Positions 1 to 10,866 of a stretch of DNA of 64,000 nt are shown here, piece by piece (the stretch's first letter is position 1; each line of letters begins with the position of its first letter). Below the pieces are notes generated by a model that made no database searches, was not told the DNA's origin, and saw only the letters and a program-made list of their open reading frames with translations. The DNA comes from Mobula birostris (Eukaryota). The stretch lies in assembly GCF_030028105.1 (NCBI RefSeq), contig NC_092375.1, positions 44,925,130 through 44,989,129 on the forward strand, read 5' to 3'. Position numbers and translations under genes: made by a program.

Positions 1-515
1 AGGAAGAATTAAAGCCAATGTCTTGGAGCTTATTTATTAGTTTTGAGGGGATGCTAGTGTTGAATTCCAAGCTATAGTCAATGAAGAGCATCCTGATGTA
101 TGCATCTTTGCTCTCCAAATGTTCCAGGGTTGAGTGAAGAGCCAAAGTATTGGCATGCTCTGTTGACCTTTTGTGATAGTAGGTGAATTGGAGTGGATCC
201 AAATCGCTTCTCAGGCAGGAGTCGATATGGTTCAGCAACATCTCAAGGCACTTTATTACAGTGGATGGAAGTGCTACTGGATGATGGTCATTGAGGCTCT
301 TCTTCTTGGTATAGTTGAAGCTCACTTGAAGCAAGTGGGTACCTCAGAATGCAAAAGTGAGAAGTTAAAGATGATGGTGAACACTCCAGGCAGTTGATCA
401 CCACAGGTACTTTTTTTTTGAACTTGATCAGGTACCCCATCGGGGCCATATCCTTTCCATGGGTACACCCTCCTGACGGATGTTCTCACGTCGGCATCAG
501 AGACTGAAATCACTG
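1..515 (-). mobile_element. L2/Rex1-Babar-type non-LTR retrotransposon RT fragment (degenerate, runs off window start)
   Basis: Minus-strand translation ISVSDADVRTSVRRVYPWKGYGPDGVP...VFTIIFNFSLLHSEVPTCFK, followed by a [12 protein letters not shown]-like RT segment near 60-130; frameshifted. Confidence 0.8.
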
Positions 516-739
516 AACCACCGGGGGCTGCGGGAGTTTGTAAAGGTACATTCTCATTGTAACTTATTGTAATTTTTGAGTATTATACTGTAATGCTGCC
601 ACAAAACAGCAAATTTTTCGACCTGTGTCAGTGATAGTAAACCTAATTCTGATTCAGAAAGAACCCGTTTCCTTCAGGATCATGGACAGAATAACAAAGG
701 CAACCCAACTTTATTTTTTATTACTAGGCTGCTAATGTT

Positions 740-2885
740 AGCCATATAGCATACTGGATAGATAATACAGTTGTACTTCCCAGATGTTTGGGATGGAGCA
801 TGAGGAATGCCTACCATATTCCATAGGGGCAATCATTATGTCCCTTATTCGGTTAAATAAAGCCTGTGATAGAGGCAATCCCATTATCCATGGCACCATA
901 CAGATGTGGGGACAAATGGGGAAGCATTTGGAACTCAGAACATTATCTTTTCTTGTACCTATATCAGCGAAACCCTCTTTTATCTCATGTATAGACGGGG
1001 CGTTTGATGCATGGCGAGAATTAGGGATACGCAGCGTTGGAGGCTTATACATACAAGGGATTTTTGCATCATTTCGGCAGCTCCAGGACAAATTCGGATT
1101 GCAAAAGAGTAATTTTTTCAGGTATCTCCAGCTAAGACATTATATAAAATCACATCTTTCTGGTTTTGAGACAGCAGAACCTGATAAATTAGATAATCAT
1201 TTAGGATCATGTTTAGGGACAGAACACACCATCACCTATCTGTATGATGCCATACAAAACAAGTGTCATACAACAATGGATAATTTTAAAAAAGAGTGGG
1301 AAAAGGAGTTGGGTACAGAGATAGAGGAAGCTATATGGAATGAGGCTTTGGAGTATGTTACCTCCTGTTCCATCAATCCCAGGCATTGTTTAATACAATT
1401 TAAAATCCTACATAGACTACATTACACTAAAGCTATGTTCCCTCTAAGCTTTGTGCATGTGCACACGCACACACGGTTTTCAACCAGCGCACAGAGGAAA
1501 TTAACGTGTGCACAAAAGGTTAGTTACCTAAAATAATGTAGTAATTAATAATTATACTTATTGAAAATAATCTTTAACCTAAATGTTTCTGTTAACTAGT
1601 TAGTCGGTTTTTCAAATACCACAATGCACGTCACTAATTTACGTCACCTCACCTTTCCTGTTCCGGTTTGTACAGCTGCATCACGGCGGCAGACATCTTT
1701 GGTGGACAGTGTTCTTATCGTAAAGTTTACAAGGGTCTGTTTCAAATTCTGTAGATAGCTTAAAATTAAATCCAGACTGATTTCAAACTTTCAAATGAAC
1801 GGTTTTGCGACCTTGCACAGTCGATAGACATTGGAGGAACCTTTCTTGCATCTAGTGAGCGAGGAATCAACTCAAAAACAAGCTGAGAAACCGTTTAGGT
1901 GAATGTCATGTGGATATGTTAATGAGAATCAAAAGCTGGATGGAAGTTCTATTAGTGGATGGAAGTTCTATTAGTCTAGATAGAGTTTACAAAGAATGGG
2001 TAAATGCCAAAGACAGGAGAGAGAAAAAACAACTGAGTGATTTAAATATGTATGTTATTTTGTTGTTATTCTGTGCAGTTTTATGTCAAATATTTTGTAA
2101 ACCTACATAAACTGTGCCATATGTGCATTCAGTTTGCACATAATTTTATCACAGGAAAAAAAATGCACAACATAAGATTTTTGCGCCCACTGACTATTAA
2201 AAATTAGAGGGAACATCGCTCAAAAGTAAGGATTCATAAAATATTCCCAGGTGTCCCCAATGTGTGAGAAATGCAAGTCCGCGGAGGCAAATTTGTTACA
2301 TAGTTATGATTTTATGTCCCAGGATACAGGAGTATTGGAAGCAAATATTTGAGGTCCTTTTGAAGGTACTAAAGATTCAGATAATACCAGACCCTATTTT
2401 AATAATTTTTGGAACTTCTGTGAGATCAAATAAATTCCAGGCTACCCAGCAACAACTCCTGACCTATGGCATACCTAATGGAAAGAAACTCATACTGATG
2501 TTCTCGAACAAGGAGGAAACTCCATCACTCAGACAATAGACACTCTGCATCCAGAGAGGATAAGATACGTCATCAAGGACAGACTCAAGGAATTTGAAAA
2601 AAATCTGGCAAACATTACTGTTGTATTTAGAAGAGACCGACAGCTGAACTAAGTGTGGGGGATGGTAGGACCTAACCAGCACATACAGTGGGGGGGGGGG
2701 TGAGGGGAAAGGAGACGGGGTGGTAGGGTTTCCTTTGCTTTTTGCTTGTTTACTATACATACATTCATTTGATTTTCATTATGTTGTTATAAGAAAGAAA
2801 AGAAAAAAGAAGCATTGTACTTTAGGACATTGTCGGTTGTGGTTAAGCTGATGCTGCTTCACAATAAAAACATCTGAAACAGAAT
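740..2885 (+). mobile_element. L1-clade LINE, 3' part of ORF2 plus 3' UTR, interrupted by a hAT insertion at 1433-2218
   Basis: ORF 784-1536 reads WEKELG..IEEAIW..AL....CSINPRHCLIQFKILHRLHY. It resumes after 2218 as KVRIHKIF..CEKC....ANLLHS..LCPRIQEYW (C-terminal Cys/His region). AATAAA near 2863. Confidence 0.85.
1433..2218 (+). mobile_element. Non-autonomous hAT DNA transposon (internal deletion derivative)
   Basis: 15-bp TIRs ctatgttccctctaa (1433-1447) and ttagagggaacatcg (2204-2218). Degenerate 8-bp TSD cactaaag / ctcaaaag. Residual hAT C-terminal dimerisation motif GTFLASSERG / NQLKNKLRNRLGECHVDMLMRIKS (~1835-1940). Confidence 0.85.
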
Positions 2886-3298
2886 AACAAAGGCAATAGA
2901 GCCGTTATTATGTTTAACATATTATTTCAGCCCAGGAGGCTTAATGCAAATTTTATATTGGAAAGTTAAGTGGCCAAAGTTGCATTCTTCCCTTTGATAA
3001 TCCACTATAGGGAGTAATAGAAATTACAGACATGGAGACTGCAATTCCTCCAATGAGTTCTAATGAAAGTATAGACAAACTAAAAGCAGATTTAATTTAG
3101 CCAAGTCACTCATTCTTTGCTTACATTCAACTCCTGAGTTAAATCACTTACTCTGGCACATGGGTTGGAAGCAGCCTTCATGAATTTTAAAATGTTAGTT
3201 CTAACTATGTATTTAAGTCAAGGCTACTTCTTTGGGATTCCTGTACATATTTGAAGTTCACAAGTGGATGTTCTTCTCAGATTGCAGCACAGTTAAAT

Positions 3299-4065
3299 TT
3301 TCTTTTTTAATTTCAAAATATACTTTATTCAAAAATAAAATTATATACAATAAACCATTCAATAACTTTCCATCCTTTACATACATTTCCATCATAGTCT
3401 GTACATATCCATACTTATGGCCACCCACGTGGCACTCCAGTTGTTCACCTTACCGCATCCTTGTTGAGGGGTATACTCCCCGCCCACCGACCCCTCCCAC
3501 TCCCACGGGTGAAGAAACCTCTACCGTGGTCCTTCCCCACTGGGCCCTTGCGGTGGCTGCACCGAGTTTCAGTGCGTCCCTCAGCACGTACTCCTGCAGC
3601 CGAGAATGTGCCAGTCGGCAGCATTCTCCCACGGACATCTCCATGTGCTGGTAGATCATCAAGTTTCGGGCCGACCAAAGAGCGGCTTTCACCGAGTTAA
3701 TGATCTGCCAGCAGCACCGGATGTTGGTCTCCGTGTGCGTCCCCAGGAACAGCCCGTAGATCAGAGAGTCCTCTGTTACGCAGCTGCTGGGGATGAACCG
3801 TGACACTAGCCCGTTCCTCCTCCTCCACACCCTCTCTGCGAACTGACAGTGTGCAAAGAGGTGGGTCACAGACTCCTCCTCACTGCAGTCCTCCTGTGGG
3901 CAGTGGGGTGCGGAGACGATGCTCCGGGCGTGCAGGAGGGCTCTGACTGGGAGGGCCCCTCTCACCGCCAGCCAGGCGAGGTCTTGGTGCCTGTTGGTGA
4001 GATCTGGCGATGAGGCATTTTGCCAGATGAACTGGATGGTCTGCTCAGGGGTAAACATTGCCATT
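3299..4065 (-). mobile_element. Tx1-like (L1 clade) retrotransposon, 5'-truncated 3' end
   Basis: Open ORF 3450-4079 with WQNASS..LTNRHQDLAWL..RGALPVR..LH......CP...C...ESVTHLF..C (zf-RVT-like). AATAAA and A-rich tail at ~3299-3335 on the minus strand; CpG-rich. Confidence 0.85.
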
Positions 4066-4264
4066 CTGCACAAACACACAAAACTGGTATATCATTGGTA
4101 ATTTTATCAATGGTTTACATCCACATTTACATCGACAATAGATACACTTAGCGTTACTTCCAGAACAAAATGAGGTTATGTAAGTAAGTCTGTAACATGG
4201 CTCTAAAATTATTTTAAGCCTAATTTCCTGGGATATTCCTCATTCCAGTTCCAAGATTGTACAC

Positions 4265-4940
4265 GCGCAAATATAAAGGACAGCAAAGTAATTGTTACAC
4301 TGGATCTGATGCAGCACAATAAGAGAAAGGACACAATAAAAAAACACAATAAGTATAAACACATATGATTGTTCATGTATGCATATTGCTTACATGTACA
4401 TAAAGTGACTGTACAAAAGGTGACTGACAGGAGATAACGAAGTAGTGGTGGAGGGGTGCGTTAGTGAGTGGAGGTGTTGATCAACCTCACTGCTTGGGGA
4501 AAGTTACTGCGCTTGAGACTGGTGGTCCTGGCATGAATGCAGTGAAACGATATGTCAGGATGCTCTGTATTGTGCAACTGCAGTGTTGTGAGTATTGATG
4601 TGCATAGTCCACTTCTCTTTAGTCTCCTCAAAAAGTAGACGTGTTGGAGAGCTTTCTGTTTTGGGACCATGAGAGGTTGTATGAGATGTGCACTCCCAAG
4701 TGCTTCTCATGGGTGGTGAAGCTTATAAACTCAAGTTTGGAAGAAGTATTTGTATAGTCGGGGAGCAGAAATTGTGGGGAATACACAGATGGTGAAGCCT
4801 GGCAATTAAAATGCAATGTAGTAGAAACTCACCTGCCCCTGGCTTTTATGCTCACCACCACTGGGGAAAGAGAGAACAGATGGTGACAAACAAAGGTCTC
4901 AAGACAGACAGGCCTGAGGCAAGAAAGATGTGGATTGGTG
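4265..4940 (-). mobile_element. L2/Rex1-type LINE 3' fragment
   Basis: KALQHVYFLRRLKRSGL and HARTTSLKRSNFPQAVRLINT, typical of the ORF C-terminus of this group. Confidence 0.7.
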
Positions 4941-5681
4941 CTTCATTGTCATGGGGATCTGAGCACTTTACAGAATCATATACACCTCTGTACAGGTACA
5001 TTACATTGTAATGTCATGGATGTAGTGACATTGTTATTTATCAATACTTGTTTTCATGAAATCATGGAAATATTTAGTGCAGAGAAATCAGTTATGACTG
5101 TCACGCTGGTAATTTTACTCCTTTACACTTTCTCTAGAATTCCATGACTTTTCTTTTCCTTTAAAATGTTAAGCTTTTGAAACATTTCTTTAGAAACCGC
5201 TTCTTCGACTCATTCAGGCAACGGATTTCAGATCAGTGCCATTTCCTTTGACTTGAAGTTTTATCTTAATAACTGTATTAAAATAACTTTTTGTACACTT
5301 CGATCAATCCTTCTCTTAACCTTCACCATTCTGAATCTCCAGTCTTTCCATGAACATAATGTTATTCATCTGTACGAGTATGGAAAATCTAAATCTGGTT
5401 TATTGTCACTGATACATGTGTGAAATGGGTTGTTTTGCAGCAGTACAGTGCAAAGGCAAAAATTTAAAAATTACAAAAACAATGCAGAAAAAAGGAGGTG
5501 GTGTTTATGTGTTCATGGAGTGTTCAGAAATCTGATGACAGAGGGGAAGAAATTGGGTCTAATATGGGTCTTCAGGCTCCTCTATACCCTCTCTACTCAG
5601 GATTAGTGGTAATCCAGCTGATATTCAATTTAAAAATGCTTTGAAGTACTTTGCACATTGCTGTAACCTGTGCCATAGGTT

Positions 5682-5699
5682 ACACACACACACACACAC
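5682..5699. repeat. (AC)9 microsatellite
   Basis: acacacacacacacacac read directly. Confidence 0.95.
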
Positions 5700-6094
5700 C
5701 TTTACCAACTTGTCTTTCCACCTTCATAGATTTCTTTACCTGCGTCCCCTGGTTTTTTTTGCTCCTGTACTTTTAAGTTTGTACTTTTCTCTCCTTGCAC
5801 CAAACTACATCACTTTGCAAGTTAAATTTTGTTTACCATATGCTAGCCCACCCCCCCTCCTTCAGTTTGTAATTTACTGCCTCAGAGATTAATATATCTC
5901 TGAATGTTTAGTACTTGTGTACACATTGGATAACTTCATATCTAGGTAATTAATATCATCAAAAAATGACAGTGGACCTTATACTTACTTGAGACCATTA
6001 CTGTACATGTGCTAACTGTCTGATTCTTGCCCCTTGGCCAATTTTGTATCAACATTGTCACTCACTCCCTACTCACAGGATGGGATTTGGAGAC

Positions 6095-6220
6095 ACATGC
6101 AATGCAGATGCTGGAATCCAGAGCAAAATATAAAGAGCTGCTGGAAGAACTCGATGAGTCAGACTGTAATGTGGAAGAAAATGGCCAGCTGAAAAATGCT
6201 GCCTGATCGGCAGCATTCCA
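6095..6220. mobile_element. Degenerate Penelope-like terminal-repeat remnant
   Basis: tgcagatgctggaatcc...gctggaagaactc...tgctgcctga...cagcattcc resembles the PLE terminus at 44021-44120. Confidence 0.55.
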
Positions 6221-6797
6221 CAAAGCATGTATCCCATTGACTGGGGTTTAATTGCTCCAATCTCTCGTTTGCAGCACTTTGTTAAATATATTTTGGAAAT
6301 TCAGATATGCAACATTAACTGCAAAACCTTCATGAAGCCTTATGTCATTGCATCAAGAACTATTTATTCAACACAATTTGCCTACAATAATTAAGTGCCT
6401 AGTTTTGCTTGTTAGCTTATATCTTCCCAAACATCAATTTTTTTTGTTTATTATTGCTCAGGCTGTAGATATCAAGTTCCAACATTCTTCCAGTTTTTTT
6501 CTTTCTTAAGCAGGGCTGTAAGGCATTAACATGTAGTAAGGTATTTAATATGAGTTCCGATGGTAGGCTCATTCAGAAAGTCAGGAGACACGGGATCCAT
6601 GGAAACTTGGCTCTGTGGATTGAGAATTGGTACAGTGTGGTTGTAAGTGGAGTGTATTCTGCCTGGAGGTCGGTGACCAGTAGTGCTCTGAGGGATCTAT
6701 TCTAGGACCCCTGCTCTTTGCAAATCTTATAAATGACTTGGATGAGGAAGTGGAAGTGTGAGTTAGCAAAATTGCAATTGGCACAAACATTGGTGAC

Positions 6798-8298
6798 ATC
6801 TCAACCCAAGCAGGGCTGCAGGACCGGATGGTGTCAGTACCAGAGTGCTCAAAGCTTGTGCCCCTCAGCTATGTGGAGTACTTTGCCATGTATTCAACCT
6901 GAGCCTGAGGTTCCGGAGGGTTCCTGTACTGTGGAAGATGTCCTGCCTCATCCCTGTGCTGAAGACGCCGCGCCCCAGCAGCCTCAATGACTACAGACCG
7001 GTGACATTGACCTCCCACATCATGAAGACCCTGGAGAGACTTGTTCTGGAGCTGCTCCGGCCTATGGTCAGGCCACACTTAGATCCCCTCCAGTTTGCCT
7101 ACCAACCCCGACTAGGAGTTGAGGATGCCATCGTCTACCTGCTGAACCGTATCTATGCCTACCTGGACTAGCCAACGAGCACTGTGAGGGTCATGTTTTT
7201 TGACTTCTCCAGTGCGTTCAACTCCATCCGCCCTGCTCTGCTGGGGGAGAAGCTGACAGCGATACAGGTGGATGTTTTCCTGATGTCATGGATTCTTGAT
7301 TACCTGACTGGCAGACCACAGTACGTGTGCTTGCAACACTGTGTGTCCGACAGAGTGATCAGCAGCACTGGGGCTCCACAGGGGACTGTCTTGTCTCCCT
7401 TTCTCTTCACCATTTACACCTCGGACTTCAACTACTGCACAGAGTCTTGTCATCTTCAGAAGTTTTCAGATGACTCTGCATCTGCATGGGAGATGAGTCT
7501 GAGTACAGGGCTATGGTAGGAAACTTTGTCACATGGTGTAAGCAGAATTATCTGCAGCTTAATGTGAAAAAGACTAAGGAGCTGGTGGTAGACCTGAGGA
7601 GAGCTAAGGTACCGGTGACCCCTGTTTCTATCCAGTGTGGATATGGTGGAGGATTACAAGTACCTGGGGATACAAATTGACAATAAACTGGACTGGTCAA
7701 AGAACACTGAGGCTGTCTACAAGAAGGGTCAGAGCCGTCTCTATTTCCTGAGGAGACTGAGGTCCTTTAACATCTGCTGGACGATGCTGAGGATGTTCTA
7801 CGAGTCTGTGGTGGCCAGTGCTATCATGTTTGCTGTTGTGTGCTGGGGCAGCAGACTGAGGGTAGCAGACACCAACAGAATCAGCAAACTCTTTCGTAAG
7901 GCCAGTGATGTTGTGGGGATGGAACTGGACTCTCTGACGGTGGTGTCTGAAAAGAGGATGCTGTCCAAGTTGCATGCCATCTTGGACAATGTCTCCCATC
8001 CACTACATAATGTACTGGTTGGGCACAGGAGTACATTCAACCAGAGACTCATTCCACCGAGATGCAACACAAAGCGTCATAGGAAGACATTCCTGCCTGT
8101 AGCCATCAAACTTTACAACTCCTCCCTTGGAGGGTCAGACACCCTGAGCCAATAGGCTGGTCCTGGACTTATTTCCTGGCATAATTTACATATTACTATT
8201 TAACTATTTATGGTTTTATTACTATTTATTATTTATGGAGCAACTGTAACGAAAATCCAATTTCCCCTGGGATCAATAAAATATGACTATGACTATGA
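6798..8298 (+). mobile_element. L2/Rex1-Babar-type LINE, 5'-truncated, RT domain to 3' end
   Basis: ORFs 6845-7171, 7184-7519 and 7637-8155: YRPVTLTSHIMKTLER, DPLQFAYQ, VMFFDFSSAFN, GAPQGTVLSP, LQKFSDD. (TATGAC)n tail at ~8281-8298. Confidence 0.9.
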
Positions 8299-9101
8299 CA
8301 ATTTTTACATAGTGAATAAGATTGCCATATATTACAACAGAATATTGATGGGATGCAGAGCTAGGCTGTGAAGTGACAGATGGATTTCAATCGGGAAAAG
8401 TGTGAAGAGATTCACTTTGGAAGTTCAATCTTAAAGGCAGAATAGAGGGTTAATGGCAGGATTCTTAACAGTGTAATTTATAGAGGAATCTTGGGGTACA
8501 CATCCATAGTTACCTCAGAGTTACAGTACAAGTTGTTAGAGTGGTAAAAGCGGCAGGTGATGCGTTGGCCTTCATTGGTCAGGAGATTTAGGTTCAAGAA
8601 CCATGAAGTAATGTTACAGTTCTATAGGTCTTTGTTTGGACCACCCTTACAGTATTTTGTTCAGCTCTGGTCATCCCATTATAGGAAGAATGCAGAAACT
8701 TTAGGAAGGGTGCAGAGGAGATTTACCAGGCTAATGTCTGGATTAGAAAGCATATTACATGAGGATAGGGTGAGCGAGCTGGGAATTTTCTCTTTGGAGA
8801 GGAGGAGGATGTGAAGTGACTTGATAGAGGCTTCCAAGAGGAATAGATCAAGAGAACAGGCAGAGACTTTTTCCCGGGATGGAAATGGATAATACAAGCA
8901 GCATAATTTGAAAGTGTTTGGAGCAAAGTATAGGAAGAATGGCAGAGGCATATTAAAAAAAACTGGTAATGCTACTGAGAGTGGGAGGTGTATGGAATAT
9001 GCCGCCAGGAGTGGTTGTAGAGGCAAATGCATTAAGAAACCCTAAGATAGACATATGAATTTAAGAAAAATGGAGGGCTATGTGGGAGGGAAGGATGAGA
9101 T

Positions 9102-9181
9102 CAGAGGTTCTCAACCTATTTTATGCCATGGACCCTTACCATTAACTGAGGGGTCTGTGGACCCCAGGTCAGGAGCCTCTG
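9102..9181. mobile_element. ~80-bp hAT-type MITE, copy 1
   Basis: Ends cagaggttctcaacct / aggtcaggagcctctg are imperfect TIRs; 8-bp flanks gatgagat / ggttagat (6/8). Related copies at 27740-27821 and 37712-37790. Confidence 0.75.
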
Positions 9182-10866
9182 GGTTAGATTGATCTTGGAG
9201 AAGGTTTAAAAGTTGCCACAACATCATGGGCCAAAGGACTATATTGTATTGCAATGTGCTATGTTCTATGTAATGATTACTGTTCCTCTACTTTATGGCA
9301 GAAACACAGTTAAGGAGGGTGGAAGGTTATGGTTCAAGATGAAGCTTTTTCTTGCCTAATCAATAACGTAGTACATATTCTTTTCAGATTGTGCAGCTTC
9401 TCTGTTTTGAGGACCATTGCCTTTGACTGAAAGTTTTTGCTTTTATGTTGAATGTTTGCTTACTTCGATATACAAAAAATGGCTTCTCCTTGACAGACAA
9501 ATTAGATATATTCTAGCTAGAGATACTAAACACAACATAAGTTTAGTTCTTCCACAGTACTCTGTAAGATCTCCTTTTTGGCCTTAATCTTTCCTTTACC
9601 GGTATTTTTTAAAGAAGTTTTACTTTTTTAAATATCTTTTTAGATGCTAATTTATAGTTATTCCTCTCTTTGTCTCTCATTCCCCTCAGATCTGCTCTGG
9701 GCATAGTACATTTATCTTGGTTTTCTACTACATGTTGAACTTATCAATTAAGCTAGGGATCTGGAACTGCAGCTCGATGACCTTAGGCCCACATAGGAAA
9801 CTGAGGAGATGATTGATCGGAGCTACAGGAAAGTAGTCACCCCAAGTTTCAGGAGGCAGGAAAATGGAGAAGGAAAATGGGCAGCCATTATAACATACCG
9901 CCGTGGCCATTTCCCTCAATAATAAGTATATCGTTTTGGATACTGCTGAAGGGGATGACCTACTGGGGAGAGGGGTCCCCAGTATTGCCACCAATGACAT
10001 AGATAGGAAAAGTGAGGAGGTCCCGAAGAGAGAATTTAAGGAGCTACGTATAAAGATGAAAAGCAGGACCTCCAGGCAAACAGCCTCTGGATTGTTGCCT
10101 GTGCCACGTGCCAGTGAGAGTATGAATAGAATGATCTGGGAGATGAATATGTGGCTGAGAAACTCGAGCAGGGGGAAGATTTCAGATTTTTGGATCATTG
10201 AGATGTCTTCCTGGGAAGGTATGACCTGTACAAAAGCATCGGGTTACATCTGAATCCAAAGGGTTCCAATATCATTGTGAGCAGGTTTGTTAGAGTTGTT
10301 TGAGAGGGTTTACACTAATTTAACAAGCTGGAATGTTGCCTTGCAAGCAGAGGCAGTGTGTAGTGAGACTGTCAGGAAGGACAGGCAGATGATAGGGCAC
10401 AATTGAAGTAGTGGGATGATCTGCAGTATTTAAAAAAGGACAAAAATTGAAAAGAGTGATGGACACAGAACTGAATGTGTTATATTTGAATGCACTCAGC
10501 ATACAGAATAAAGTAGATCTTGTAGCGCAGTTAAAGTTGGGCAGGTCTGACATGAATATCACTGAGTTGTGGCTAATAAAAAGATTATATTTGGGAGCCT
10601 GACATCCAAGGATACACATTTTATTGAATGGACAGGCAGGTAGGTGGGGGGGGGGAGCCATTGCTCTGTTGGTTAAAAATGAAATCAACTCCTTAGAAAG
10701 AGGTCACATAAGATCAGAAGATATAGAATCCTTGTGGATAGAGTTAAGAAACAGCAAGGGTAAAAAGAGCCTGATGGGAGATATATACAGGCCTCCAAAC
10801 AGTGGTGTGGATGGGTGCTACAAATTACAATGGAAGATAGAAAAGGCATGCCAAAATAGCAATATT

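Larger units (their letters stand above)
6560..9290 (+). mobile_element. CR1 LINE RT-to-3'-end fragment, split by an L2/Rex1-type insertion (6798-8298) and an 80-bp MITE (9102-9181)
   Basis: RHGIHGNLALWIENW-like RT segment at 6580-6790. It resumes at ~8300 with QMDFN..KCE and RFKNHEVMLQFYRSL..PPLQYFVQLWS, ending in a CR1-type tail at ~9270. Confidence 0.8.

Noticed and set aside
784-1536. 250-aa ORF as a single protein
   Set aside because: Chimeric read-through from L1 ORF2 into the hAT TIR after 1432.
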